Source: Anaerolineales bacterium (GTDB lineage: Bacteria > Chloroflexota > Anaerolineae > Anaerolineales > UBA4823). From it: 64,000 nucleotides of DNA. Position 1 is the stretch's first letter, and each line of letters opens with the position of its first letter. This document shows positions 9,232 to 17,970 of this stretch, one piece after another. The DNA lies in NCBI GenBank assembly GCA_025057645.1, contig JANXBJ010000005.1, positions 73,676-137,675 of the forward strand, in the 5' to 3' direction. A program made the position numbers and the translations under genes. The notes beneath the pieces are model-generated. The model was given only the letters and a program-made list of their open reading frames with translations, did not search any database and was not told where the DNA came from.

Positions 9232-10576
9232 GAGCCGAAACGGAGGGGCAGAAGAAAGACACCTCGGGGAGGAGAACTGCCCAATTTGTCAGGGCCTCGG
9301 ATACATCCGCTGGGAAGTGCCTCTAGGGCATCCGAAGTTCGGGAGGGTGGAGGTTTGCGAGTGCCGTGCCTCCCAAAGCCGCCAGCAGATTTTTCAGCGT
9401 CTCTATGCCCACAGCCACCTTGACCACCTCAGTCACCTCACTTTTGAGAACTTCCACCCACGCGGACGGGCCGGCTTGTACCCTCAGGAGGCGAACTCGA
9501 TTGAATTGGCTTACCGGCAGGCGCGCACCTTCGCCGAAACCCTTCAAGGCTGGTTATTCCTGCAAGGGGGATACGGATGTGGGAAAACCCACTTGGCTGC
9601 GGCGATCGCCAACACGGCAGTGCAGCATCACGTCCCCACCTTGTTTCTCACTGTGCCCGACCTCCTGGATGGCCTGCGCTCGACTTTATCCGAGGCAGAG
9701 AACCGCTTTGAAGAGCACTTCGAAGAGATTCGCACTGTTCGCCTGTTAATTTTGGACGATTTTGGTACCCAGAATGCCACTCCGTGGGCACAGGAAAAGT
9801 TGTTCCAAATTATGAATTACCGCTATGTCAATCGGCTACCCACGGTGATCACGACCAACTTGCGCCTCGAGCAGATTGAGGGACGCATCCGCTCACGCCT
9901 GGAGGACCCGGAGTTGGTGACCAAAGTGGTGATCCTTGCGCCGGACTATCGGCGTCCCACCGCTGAATTGGGAATGCACGAATTCGCCATGTTTCCCAAA
10001 TTGCAACGCTGCACCTTCGCCAATTTTGATTTGCGCAAGGACGAGGGGTTGCCCGCCGAGGCCTTGCGCGAGCTGGAAGCTGCTTTTCGGGCGGCGCGCG
10101 AGTTTGCGCAGAACCCCCTTGGTTGGATTGTCTTCAACGGCCCCTCGGGCAGCGGGAAGACCCATCTTGCAGCGGCTATTCACAATTACCGCCGCGATGT
10201 CGGACAGCCCTCGCGCTTCGTGGATGTCGGAGAGTTGCTCAACGCCCTGCGAGCCACCTTTAGCCCTTTCAGCCCGGAGAGTTTGGATGAGCGCTTTGAG
10301 GATGTGCGTCGCGCTCCGCTCTTAATTCTGGACGACCTAGATAGCTATATGAGCTCTCCCTGGAGCATCGAAAAGTTATATCAGATCATCCATTTCCGTT
10401 ATTTAGCCGAGTTGCCCACCGTGATCACCCTGGGCAGGTTGCGCGACCAACTCGAACCGCGTCTGCTAACTCGCATTGAAGACCGGCGACTCTGCCGCAT
10501 TTACCCGCTTTCCGTGCCCTCCTATACTGCAGTTGAGCGTGAACCCATTAAGCCAAGCCGTCGAAGGCAGAAGTAA
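9146..10576 (+). CDS. DnaC/DnaI-like helicase loader with N-terminal Zn-ribbon and two tandem AAA+ loader modules
   Basis: CPICQGLG...VEVCEC Cys4 motif. Module 1: FENFHPR, GGYGCGKTHLAAAIAN, LLILDDFG, TVITTN. Module 2: FANFDLR, GPSGSGKTHLAAAIHN, LLILDDLD, TVITLG. The GTG start at 9146 overlaps the DnaD-domain gene; an in-frame GTG at 9215 is an alternative start. Confidence 0.8.
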   Translation: MSERLEQILKKLSESTPSSGESRVEKPAESRNGGAEERHLGEENCPICQGLGYIRWEVPLGHPKFGRVEVCECRASQSRQQIFQRLYAHSHLDHLSHLTFENFHPRGRAGLYPQEANSIELAYRQARTFAETLQGWLFLQGGYGCGKTHLAAAIANTAVQHHVPTLFLTVPDLLDGLRSTLSEAENRFEEHFEEIRTVRLLILDDFGTQNATPWAQEKLFQIMNYRYVNRLPTVITTNLRLEQIEGRIRSRLEDPELVTKVVILAPDYRRPTAELGMHEFAMFPKLQRCTFANFDLRKDEGLPAEALRELEAAFRAAREFAQNPLGWIVFNGPSGSGKTHLAAAIHNYRRDVGQPSRFVDVGELLNALRATFSPFSPESLDERFEDVRRAPLLILDDLDSYMSSPWSIEKLYQIIHFRYLAELPTVITLGRLRDQLEPRLLTRIEDRRLCRIYPLSVPSYTAVEREPIKPSRRRQK

Positions 10577-10603
10577 GATCATCCTTCCCAGAAGGAGTGT
10601 GTC

Positions 10604-11650
10604 ATGAGTTCAGAATCCCCAGAGGCCGAAGCCTTGCCTTTGCCCCCTTTTTATGACCCTCAGAAGGTCGGCGAAGTGTGGCGTGTACCCTATCAGCAAC
10701 GCGCCGAAGAGGCCCGCCAGTGGGCAGCCCGCCATCATATTGCGCCGGCCCAATGCGATACCTTCAAAATTGCTTTGGTGGCCATTGATGTGCAAAATAC
10801 TTTTTGTATCCCGGAATTTGAGCTGTTTGTCGGTGGACGTTCCGGAATGGGCGCCGTGGAGGATAATCGCCGCCTGTGCGAGTTCCTCTACCGTTACCTT
10901 CATCGCATCACCCGGGTAGTAGTTACGTTAGATACCCACCGCGCTTTCCAAATTTTCCACCCGGTCATGCTGATTAACGAACAGGGTGAACACCCCGGCC
11001 CGGTGACCCTGATCACTTTGCAGGACGTGCAAAGTGGCAAATGGCGGTTCAATCCCCAAGCCGCCTATAGCCTCGGAATTGACGAAGCGTATGGGCAGCA
11101 GCAACTGCTTCATTATGTGGAAGAGCTGGCCAAGAAGGGAAAATACGAGCTGACCATTTGGCCCTATCATGCCATGTTGGGTGGCATCGGTCATGCGCTG
11201 GTGTCTGCCTTCGAGGAGGCGGTCTTCTTTCACACCATTGCCCGCAGTAGCCAGGCTCATTTTGAGATCAAGGGCGATGCTCCTTTGACCGAAAACTACT
11301 CTGCCATTCGGCCGGAGGTGGCGGAAGATATGTGGGGGAGGCCCTTAGCCGAACCTCACCCTTACTTTTTCCAGCTCCTTCAGGATTTCGATGCTATCCT
11401 TGTTGCAGGTCAGGCAAAGAGTCATTGTGTCAACTGGACCGTCGGGGACTGGTTGCAAGAGATTCAACGCATTGACCCTGCTCTGGCTTCCAAAATTTAC
11501 CTCCTTGAAGACTGCATGTCCCCGGTAGTGGTGCCGAACGTCGTTGACTACACCGAGATGGCCGAGGCGGCTTTTGCGCGCTATGCCGAGGCGGGGATGC
11601 ATCGCGTGCGCACTACTGAGCCTATGGACCGTTGGTTAACGACAGATTAG
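10604..11650 (+). CDS. Isochorismatase/nicotinamidase-family cysteine hydrolase (long form)
   Basis: [12 protein letters not shown] is the family signature strand. A later GQAKSHCV block has a Cys in the expected nucleophile position. An AGGAG SD precedes the ATG. Confidence 0.55.
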   Translation: MSSESPEAEALPLPPFYDPQKVGEVWRVPYQQRAEEARQWAARHHIAPAQCDTFKIALVAIDVQNTFCIPEFELFVGGRSGMGAVEDNRRLCEFLYRYLHRITRVVVTLDTHRAFQIFHPVMLINEQGEHPGPVTLITLQDVQSGKWRFNPQAAYSLGIDEAYGQQQLLHYVEELAKKGKYELTIWPYHAMLGGIGHALVSAFEEAVFFHTIARSSQAHFEIKGDAPLTENYSAIRPEVAEDMWGRPLAEPHPYFFQLLQDFDAILVAGQAKSHCVNWTVGDWLQEIQRIDPALASKIYLLEDCMSPVVVPNVVDYTEMAEAAFARYAEAGMHRVRTTEPMDRWLTTD

Positions 11651-11667
11651 AGCCGAATTGTGCGCTA

Positions 11668-11696
11668 TTGACAAGCCTCGGCTTTTATAGGATACT
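11668..11696 (+). promoter_or_regulatory. Sigma70-like promoter candidate (TTGACA, 17 nt spacer, GATACT)
   Basis: TTGACA at 11668-11673, a 17-nt spacer, then GATACT at 11691-11696. It sits in the intergenic region after the isochorismatase-like gene. Confidence 0.4.
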
Positions 11697-11838
11697 CCAA
11701 ACGGCCATTTCTCGAGAGAGTGGCCTCCCTCCTTCGCTACCCCACCGAAGAGGAGGTGATGTCGATGACAGATAGTAGTACCTTACGAAGCGCTGCGGCA
11801 TCCCTCCTCGGTGTAGGATAGATGACCGCAGCGCGCAG

Positions 11839-11872
11839 GAGACCGTCCGAAACGGCGGTCTCTTGTTTTGTT
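11839..11872 (+). terminator. Intrinsic terminator candidate
   Basis: GAGACCG (11839-11845) pairs with CGGTCTC (11856-11862), with inner CCG/CGG pairs, followed by TTGTTTTGTT. Confidence 0.6.
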
Positions 11873-11919
11873 CGCGGTATAATCAAGGTGTGTCCGTGAT
11901 TGCGGGTCATAGCTAGGAT

Positions 11920-12339
11920 ATGGGGCAGCGAAAAATTCGCGTGTTAATTGCTAAGCCGGGCTTGGACGGTCATGACCGGGGAGCTAAGGTGGTCGCACGA
12001 GCTCTGCGGGATGCCGGCATGGAAGTAATTTACACGGGCTTGCGCCAGACTCCGGAAATGATCGCCGAGGCTGCTTTGCAAGAAGACGTGGACGTGGTCG
12101 GCCTCTCCATCCTCTCCGGGGCGCACATGGCCCTTGTGCCGCGGGTTCTGGAACTCCTACGGGCGCAGGGTCAGGAAAACGTCAAGGTCTTTGTGGGAGG
12201 GATCATCCCCGACGAAGATGTGCCGCGACTGCTGGAAATGGGCGTGGCCGGCGTTTATGGTCCCGGCACCTTGACAGAGCAGATCATCCGAGACATCTAC
12301 GCTGCGGTGGGTGAACTCGATCGGCCACTTCGCTCTTGA
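11920..12339 (+). CDS. Methylmalonyl-CoA mutase small subunit (B12-binding domain)
   Basis: [40 protein letters not shown] contains the DxHxxG cobalamin-binding signature. 139 aa. Confidence 0.9.
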   Translation: MGQRKIRVLIAKPGLDGHDRGAKVVARALRDAGMEVIYTGLRQTPEMIAEAALQEDVDVVGLSILSGAHMALVPRVLELLRAQGQENVKVFVGGIIPDEDVPRLLEMGVAGVYGPGTLTEQIIRDIYAAVGELDRPLRS

Positions 12340-12366
12340 GCAACCTGCTAGAGTTCGTGAGGTTGG

Positions 12367-13350
12367 ATGTCTTTAGCGGAATCGGTCTTGCAGGGTAACC
12401 GTTTGGCTTTAGCTCGGCTTCTGAGTCAAGTAGAAAACGAGACGGAAGAGGGGTTGGCGGAGTTAAATCGGCTTTTCCCTTATACTGGCAAGGCCCACCT
12501 TGTCGGAATCACCGGCGCGCCCGGGAGCGGGAAGTCCTCTCTGGTCACTCAACTGGTCTATGCCCTTCGCCACCCCGCTCCGGAGCAAAAGCCTGTCCGC
12601 GTCGCCGTAGTGGCTGTCGATCCATCCAGTCCCTTCAGTGGGGGAGCGATTCTGGGAGATCGAATCCGGATGCGAGAGCTTGCCGGCGACCAGGGTGTTT
12701 TCATTCGTTCGATGGCCTCACGGGGCGCTCTGGGGGGAGTCGCCGCCAGCACTGCTAATCTGGTTAGCGTTCTGGATGCTGCCGGCTTTGAGATCGTCCT
12801 CATCGAGACCGTTGGGGCAGGGCAAACGGAGGTAGAAATTGCCCGTCTTGCCCATACGGTCATTGTGGTTGAGGTGCCCGGTTTGGGAGATGATGTTCAA
12901 GCCATCAAAGCTGGCCTTTTGGAGATCGCCGACATCATCGTCCTCAATAAAGCTGACCAGCCCGGGGTGGAGAATGCCGAGCGCGCCCTGCGTACGATGC
13001 TGGAACTGGCCTCCGCTCGAGGAACGCTTTCCGGAAACGCACAACCTGCCTCGCCGCAATGGACTCCACCGCTCTTGCGCACCGTAGCTACTGAAGGGCG
13101 GGGGGTGCAGGCGGTGGTCGAAGCACTCTACAATCATCGCAACTTTCTGTGCCAGAGTGGTGAGTGGGAACGACGCGAGCGTTTGCGCTTTCAAACACAG
13201 CTAGAAAACTTATTTCAAGCGGCATTGATCAAGCGATTGCACGAGACTGTTTCGGCGACCGAATATGGGCATATTTTAGACCGAATCGTCTCACGTCAAA
13301 TTTCCCCTTGGAAAGCGCTTGAGATTTTGTTGGATGGAGTGGTGCAATGA
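12367..13350 (+). CDS. meaB: Methylmalonyl-CoA mutase accessory GTPase MeaB/ArgK
   Basis: P-loop GITGAPGSGKSSL, then AVDPSSPFSGGAILGDRIRM, IETVGAGQ and NKAD. Confidence 0.9.
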   Translation: MSLAESVLQGNRLALARLLSQVENETEEGLAELNRLFPYTGKAHLVGITGAPGSGKSSLVTQLVYALRHPAPEQKPVRVAVVAVDPSSPFSGGAILGDRIRMRELAGDQGVFIRSMASRGALGGVAASTANLVSVLDAAGFEIVLIETVGAGQTEVEIARLAHTVIVVEVPGLGDDVQAIKAGLLEIADIIVLNKADQPGVENAERALRTMLELASARGTLSGNAQPASPQWTPPLLRTVATEGRGVQAVVEALYNHRNFLCQSGEWERRERLRFQTQLENLFQAALIKRLHETVSATEYGHILDRIVSRQISPWKALEILLDGVVQ

Positions 13351-14339
13351 GAAACCTCCACGGCCACCGCGAAATCAACCTATACGGAGACATCAAGTTG
13401 TTTGCCGGGACCGCTTGTCCAGCCCTAGCGGCGGACATCTCAAACTATTTGGGCATCCCCCTAAGCGGCAGGGATGTGATTCATTTTCCAAACGACAATT
13501 TGTGGGTCAAGCTGCACAAGAGCGTGCGCGGTCAAGATGTCTACGTAATTCAGACCACTTCTGCGCCTGTCCATCAGAACCTAATGGAGCTCTTGATCAT
13601 GTTGCAGACGATGCGTCTCGATTCCGCCGGACGGGTCACAGCGGTTATCCCTTACTTGTGTTATTCTCGTTCGGATAAAAAGGATAAACCGCGCGTTCCG
13701 ATCACCGCTCGCTTGGTCTGCGACATGATCGAAATCGCCGGCGCCGACCGCTATATTACCCTTGACCTCCATGCAGGGCAGATCCAGGGCTTTTTCTCCA
13801 TTCCCGGGGATGTTTTGTCTGCCTTTCACATTCTCACCGCCTACGTGCGGCGCAAGCAGCAACATATGCGAGACCCGGTCGTGGTTGCTGCCGATTTAGG
13901 CTTTGCCAAGAAAGGACGAAATTTTGCCGCCAACCTGGACGTCCCCATTGCTTTTATTGAGAAGCGCCGCACCGGCAAGGAAGACACTCCCGAGGCGTTG
14001 ACCTTAATTGGTGACGTCAAAGACCGTGATGCGATTATCGTCGATGACGAGATCGATACGGGCAGTTCGATGGTCTCGGCTGTGCATCTGGTTAAGTCGA
14101 TGGGGGCCAGAGATGTTTACCTGGTATGCGTTCACCCACTCCTCTCCAAAGATGCCGCAGAACACATCGCAGCTCTGCCGATTAGGGAGTTCATTACCAC
14201 GGACACGATTCCCCTTACGGAGTACAAATACCAGCTTCTCAAGGATAAAATCACCGTGCTCTCTGTTGCGCCTTTGCTTGGCGAAGTGATCCGCCGCGCG
14301 AACCAAGGGCGTAGCGTAGGAGAGATGTTCGACGAATAG
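13347..14339 (+). CDS. prs: Ribose-phosphate pyrophosphokinase
   Basis: KLFAGTACPALA, YLCYSRSDKK, LDLHAGQIQGFF and IVDDEIDTGSS. There is a 4-nt overlap with meaB. Confidence 0.9.
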   Translation: MRNLHGHREINLYGDIKLFAGTACPALAADISNYLGIPLSGRDVIHFPNDNLWVKLHKSVRGQDVYVIQTTSAPVHQNLMELLIMLQTMRLDSAGRVTAVIPYLCYSRSDKKDKPRVPITARLVCDMIEIAGADRYITLDLHAGQIQGFFSIPGDVLSAFHILTAYVRRKQQHMRDPVVVAADLGFAKKGRNFAANLDVPIAFIEKRRTGKEDTPEALTLIGDVKDRDAIIVDDEIDTGSSMVSAVHLVKSMGARDVYLVCVHPLLSKDAAEHIAALPIREFITTDTIPLTEYKYQLLKDKITVLSVAPLLGEVIRRANQGRSVGEMFDE

Positions 14340-14342
14340 CGC

Positions 14343-15167
14343 ATGCCCGAGTTACCCGAAGTCGAATCTATCGCCGCCCGCTTGAGGTCGGGTAACGCCC
14401 AATCTCCACCTTTGCTGGGGGCGCGCATTCTCTCTGCTAGGGTGTTCTGGCAGCGCAGTGTGGCAGAACCCCCGGCCGAAATCTTCGTCCAGAGGCTACA
14501 AGGACAAACGATTTGCGAGATTCGCAGGCGGGGGAAGTTCTTGGTATGCGAGCTTGAGGGCCTGACGCTCCTAGTGCACTTGCGCATGAGCGGGGATTTG
14601 TGGATGGAGCCTTCCTCGCAGCCGGTGGCCGCTCACTGCCGTGTAGCTCTTAGCTTGGACTCGGGCTACCGCCTCACCTTTCACGATCCGCGCAAGTTTG
14701 GCCGGATGTGGTTGCTCGAAGATCCGGAGAGGGTATTAGGAGAATTAGGGCCTGAACCCTTTGACCCTGGGCTGACGTCCGAAGCGTTCTTTGAGAAGCT
14801 CTCCTCCGTCCGTCGTCGGCTCAAGTCTTTGCTACTTGACCAACGTTTTCTCGCCGGTTTGGGCAATATTTACACCGACGAAGCACTACATTGCGCCGGT
14901 TTACATCCCCTTACGCTGTCCGCTCAGGTGAGTCCCAGCCAGGCAGAGCGCTTGTTAGCCTGTATCCGAGCCGTGCTGGCTGAGGGCATTCGTCGCAGCG
15001 GGGCGAGCATCGATTGGGTCTATCGAGGTGGAGATTTCCAGAACTATTTTCGGGTTTATAGGCGCACCGGGCTCCCCTGTCCGACTTGTGGAGCACCGAT
15101 CCGGCGCATCCTGCTCGGTCAGCGCGGGACGCATTTTTGCCCCCAGTGTCAAGTGCTCCCTTCTTAG
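14343..15167 (+). CDS. mutM: Formamidopyrimidine-DNA glycosylase
   Basis: N-terminal MPELPEVE, an H2TH region, and a C-terminal zinc finger CPTCGAPIRRILLGQRGTHFCPQCQ. Confidence 0.9.
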   Translation: MPELPEVESIAARLRSGNAQSPPLLGARILSARVFWQRSVAEPPAEIFVQRLQGQTICEIRRRGKFLVCELEGLTLLVHLRMSGDLWMEPSSQPVAAHCRVALSLDSGYRLTFHDPRKFGRMWLLEDPERVLGELGPEPFDPGLTSEAFFEKLSSVRRRLKSLLLDQRFLAGLGNIYTDEALHCAGLHPLTLSAQVSPSQAERLLACIRAVLAEGIRRSGASIDWVYRGGDFQNYFRVYRRTGLPCPTCGAPIRRILLGQRGTHFCPQCQVLPS

Positions 15168-15979
15168 GCGTCTTGGCTGTAGAGAGCCTCTGACCTTAGG
15201 AGATCTCCTAGCTGTGAGAAAACATAAGTTGGTTCTTCTATCGGCCTGAGCGGCCGAGTATGGGAGGCAACACCGCTGCACACCAGCGCAGTGGGAATGC
15301 CGGCTTGGTTGCCCATGCGAATATCGGTCTCGGGATTGTCCCCGATCAGCAGACACTCCTCAGCCGGGAGACCCATCATTTCGAGGGCGAGCTCAGCCAT
15401 CAGAGTAGCCGGTTTGCCCAGCAAAACATCCAGGTGGCGGGCGGTACAGGCCTCTAGGGCGGCGATGATCGCTCCGGTATCAGGCATTTCTTCGCCGTTT
15501 TGGCTGGGATAGGTGCGGTCGGCATTAGTGGCCAAGAAGACGGCCCCCCGCCGAATGGCGTCAAAGGCAAGCTTGAGCTTGCGGTAGTTGAAACGATGAT
15601 CCGTGCTGACCAAGACCACTTGAACTTGCTTGGGATCGTTACACAACACTAGACCAGCCTCCCTCAATTCCTGGTGCAAATCCCCTTCGCCGATGATCAA
15701 CAGCGGTGACTGAGGGTGATACTGGCGTAGATACTGAACGGCGATATAAGAAGGGTTGAGGATTTCTTCCACCAAGACGGGGATACCCATCTGAAGCAGT
15801 TTTGTCGCAATGCGCTCGCGACGCTGCGAAGCATCATTGGTGAGAAAGAGCAGACGCTTCCCAAGCTCTCTCAGGGTTTGTAGGGTCTCTCTTGCTCCGG
15901 GAAGAGCTTTCTTGCCAAGGTAGACTGTGCCATCCAAATCGATCAGATACGCTTTGTATTCTAGGGGAGGACGCACCAT
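15164..15979 (-). CDS. HAD-IIA family hydrolase (NagD-like)
   Basis: YLIDLDGTVY (DxDGT), FLTNDAS and a GDNPETDI motif IV. Confidence 0.8.
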   Translation of the reverse strand: MVRPPLEYKAYLIDLDGTVYLGKKALPGARETLQTLRELGKRLLFLTNDASQRRERIATKLLQMGIPVLVEEILNPSYIAVQYLRQYHPQSPLLIIGEGDLHQELREAGLVLCNDPKQVQVVLVSTDHRFNYRKLKLAFDAIRRGAVFLATNADRTYPSQNGEEMPDTGAIIAALEACTARHLDVLLGKPATLMAELALEMMGLPAEECLLIGDNPETDIRMGNQAGIPTALVCSGVASHTRPLRPIEEPTYVFSQLGDLLRSEALYSQDA

Positions 15980-16079
15980 ATCACTCGATGGTCGATAAGG
16001 AATTTGGCACTGTAGACCTCAGCCGGCTGGGGGCGTTGACAAATCCCCTTCGAGGCAGCCCTTGTCCCGGTGGCGGGGT

Positions 16080-16751
16080 TCAGTTTTGAGCTTGGGTTTC
16101 GAGAACTCGCTTGAGGTGTTTCACGGCCAAGCGTGGGCTGGTAAGGATGGGAATACGCTTCTCCTCAGGATCGAGTGTGTCGACAGCGCGCGCCATAGAG
16201 GCTTGGGCTAATAAAATAACGTCATTTCTTTCCATCAAGTCGAGTAGGCTCCGGCGCACAATCTCATCGTGGGTTCTTACATCCCCGCTGAACAAGGCTG
16301 CGTAAGCACCCTCGCAGAGTCGGGCCTCCACCTCCACCTCAAGCTGATGAAACGCCGCCCGCCGATAGACGAGGTCCGTGGTTGGCTTTAAGGTCGTGAC
16401 AGCAGTAGCGGCGATGCCAATGCGTTTCCCTAGATGCAAGGCCTCGTCTACCATCGGTTGGTCGATCTTCAATACCGGAATACCGACGAGAGGCTGAGCA
16501 GCATCAACACAAGGGGAGATTGAGGAGCAAGTACATTGAACCGCGCTTGCGCCGTAGCGCTCGGCTGCGATCACGTGGTCGGCAACCCTTTGATAGACGA
16601 AGGGCGAAAGCCCTCCTTGAGCCAGCACAAGCTTTAGCAGCATTTCATCGGCCACATGGGTTGGCTCTACATTCGGAAGCAGCTCTCGAGAGAGCTCGTC
16701 GAACAGTCTCACCAGGGCTGGAACCGTATGGAGGAAAACCACTTTTTTCAT
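16080..16751 (-). CDS. Asp/Glu/hydantoin racemase-family protein
   Basis: 223 aa with a two-lobed pattern. A Cys-containing strand VQCTCSSISP appears in the first half and ILLAQASMA in the second. Family-level call only. Confidence 0.5.
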   Translation of the reverse strand: MKKVVFLHTVPALVRLFDELSRELLPNVEPTHVADEMLLKLVLAQGGLSPFVYQRVADHVIAAERYGASAVQCTCSSISPCVDAAQPLVGIPVLKIDQPMVDEALHLGKRIGIAATAVTTLKPTTDLVYRRAAFHQLEVEVEARLCEGAYAALFSGDVRTHDEIVRRSLLDLMERNDVILLAQASMARAVDTLDPEEKRIPILTSPRLAVKHLKRVLETQAQN

Positions 16752-17052
16752 CAGAATGCTCCGTGCGTTTGCCGAAAACCGGACGTAAAGCTTTCCCTCA
16801 ATTATACCTTCTGAGTGCGATCATCCGCCCTGGGTGGAAAGTTGGACTTTTGAGGGTTCTGAGCAGAGGAGCTCTGTTCTTTGTCTTTGGCCTTAAGAAC
16901 GCAGAGCGTAAGCGATCTCACCGGACAGAACTCGTGGTATCAGGGGGAGTAAGAACAGAGGTTTACGAAGCCTAACCCCAAAACCCTTCTCGAAGGTCGA
17001 ATGAGGCTTTTACCCCCTTGGGCGCAGCCATCCTCATGCCTCGTTCGACCGC

Positions 17053-17955
17053 TTATGGGCCGAGGGGCTTACCTCGGTTTGAGCGCGCTTGGTAGATCAG
17101 GGCGCCGCTGACGATTAAGAGAAACAAAACGACCGTCAGGACCACACCCCCCCAGCCGCTCAGCCAGCTAGGCTGAAAAGGCGGCGTGGGCGTGGGGCGG
17201 AAGGACTCGACAGGCTTGGCTTGACTGAGGATGAAGGCAACCAGATCGTCGATCTCTGCTTCGCTGAGCGGCCCTCCATTCGCTTGACTCCAAGCCGGCA
17301 TCGCCGAACCCTCAATTCCATTGGCGATCACGTTGCGAAGGCTTTGATCGGGACGAATAGAGGGCCAATTCTTCGCCAAGGTCGCTCCGACTCGCCCCTC
17401 CAGATTCGCTCCGTGACAAACTGCACAGTTTTGATCGTAAAGGAGGGCACCCCGATTGGGGTCGCCCTTAACGTCAGGGGGCGGGGTTAGGGGTGGGCGT
17501 GGAACCGGGGTCGGTGTAGGGGGTAGGACTCGCGGCCCGCCACTTTCCCAAGTGAGAATGTAGGCAACAATGGCTTCGATCTCCTCATCGCGCAACGGCC
17601 CTCCTTTGGCCTGACTCCAAGCCGGCATGGCGGAGCCGGGGATGCCGTTGGCGATGATCGAGGCAATTGCCCGATCGGGGCGCAAAGAAGGCCAGTTCTT
17701 GGCCAACCGAGCACCAACACGCCCTTGACCATCCAGTCCATGGCATACCGCACAATTCTCACCGTACAATTTTTTGCCCAGTTCAACGGGATCGTCCAGA
17801 GGGGTTTGTGCCAGCACAGAACTTGGGAGAGCGAGTACCCCAAGCAGCAAGACAACAAAGATCGCCTTAAGCCCGGCGAGCCCGAGAGAGTCTTGACTGC
17901 GCATCCTCCTCTCGAACGAATTTTGAGAGCACCTCGCACTGCGATATCGACTCAT
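17053..17955 (-). CDS. Dihaem c-type cytochrome, internal tandem duplication, C-terminal membrane anchor
   Basis: Two CxxCH sites (CAVCHGLDGQG, CAVCHGANLEG) sit in two roughly 90-aa repeats that align residue for residue (GRVGA.LAKNWPS.RPD...IANGI.GSAMPAWSQA.GGPL). There is an N-terminal signal-like helix and a C-terminal TM (GGVVLTVVLFLLIVSGALIY). Confidence 0.85.
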   Translation of the reverse strand: MSRYRSARCSQNSFERRMRSQDSLGLAGLKAIFVVLLLGVLALPSSVLAQTPLDDPVELGKKLYGENCAVCHGLDGQGRVGARLAKNWPSLRPDRAIASIIANGIPGSAMPAWSQAKGGPLRDEEIEAIVAYILTWESGGPRVLPPTPTPVPRPPLTPPPDVKGDPNRGALLYDQNCAVCHGANLEGRVGATLAKNWPSIRPDQSLRNVIANGIEGSAMPAWSQANGGPLSEAEIDDLVAFILSQAKPVESFRPTPTPPFQPSWLSGWGGVVLTVVLFLLIVSGALIYQARSNRGKPLGP

Positions 17956-17970
17956 GCTTTCCTCGCCATT

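Noticed and set aside
11700-11875. Cobalamin riboswitch upstream of the B12-dependent mutase subunit.
   Set aside because: Only a B12-box-like 13-mer (CAGGAGACCGTCC) is visible. I cannot find the other conserved cores I recall, such as GGGAA or the AATCC-containing elements. Repression of a B12-dependent enzyme by B12 would also be atypical. The element is kept only as a generic structured-leader finding.
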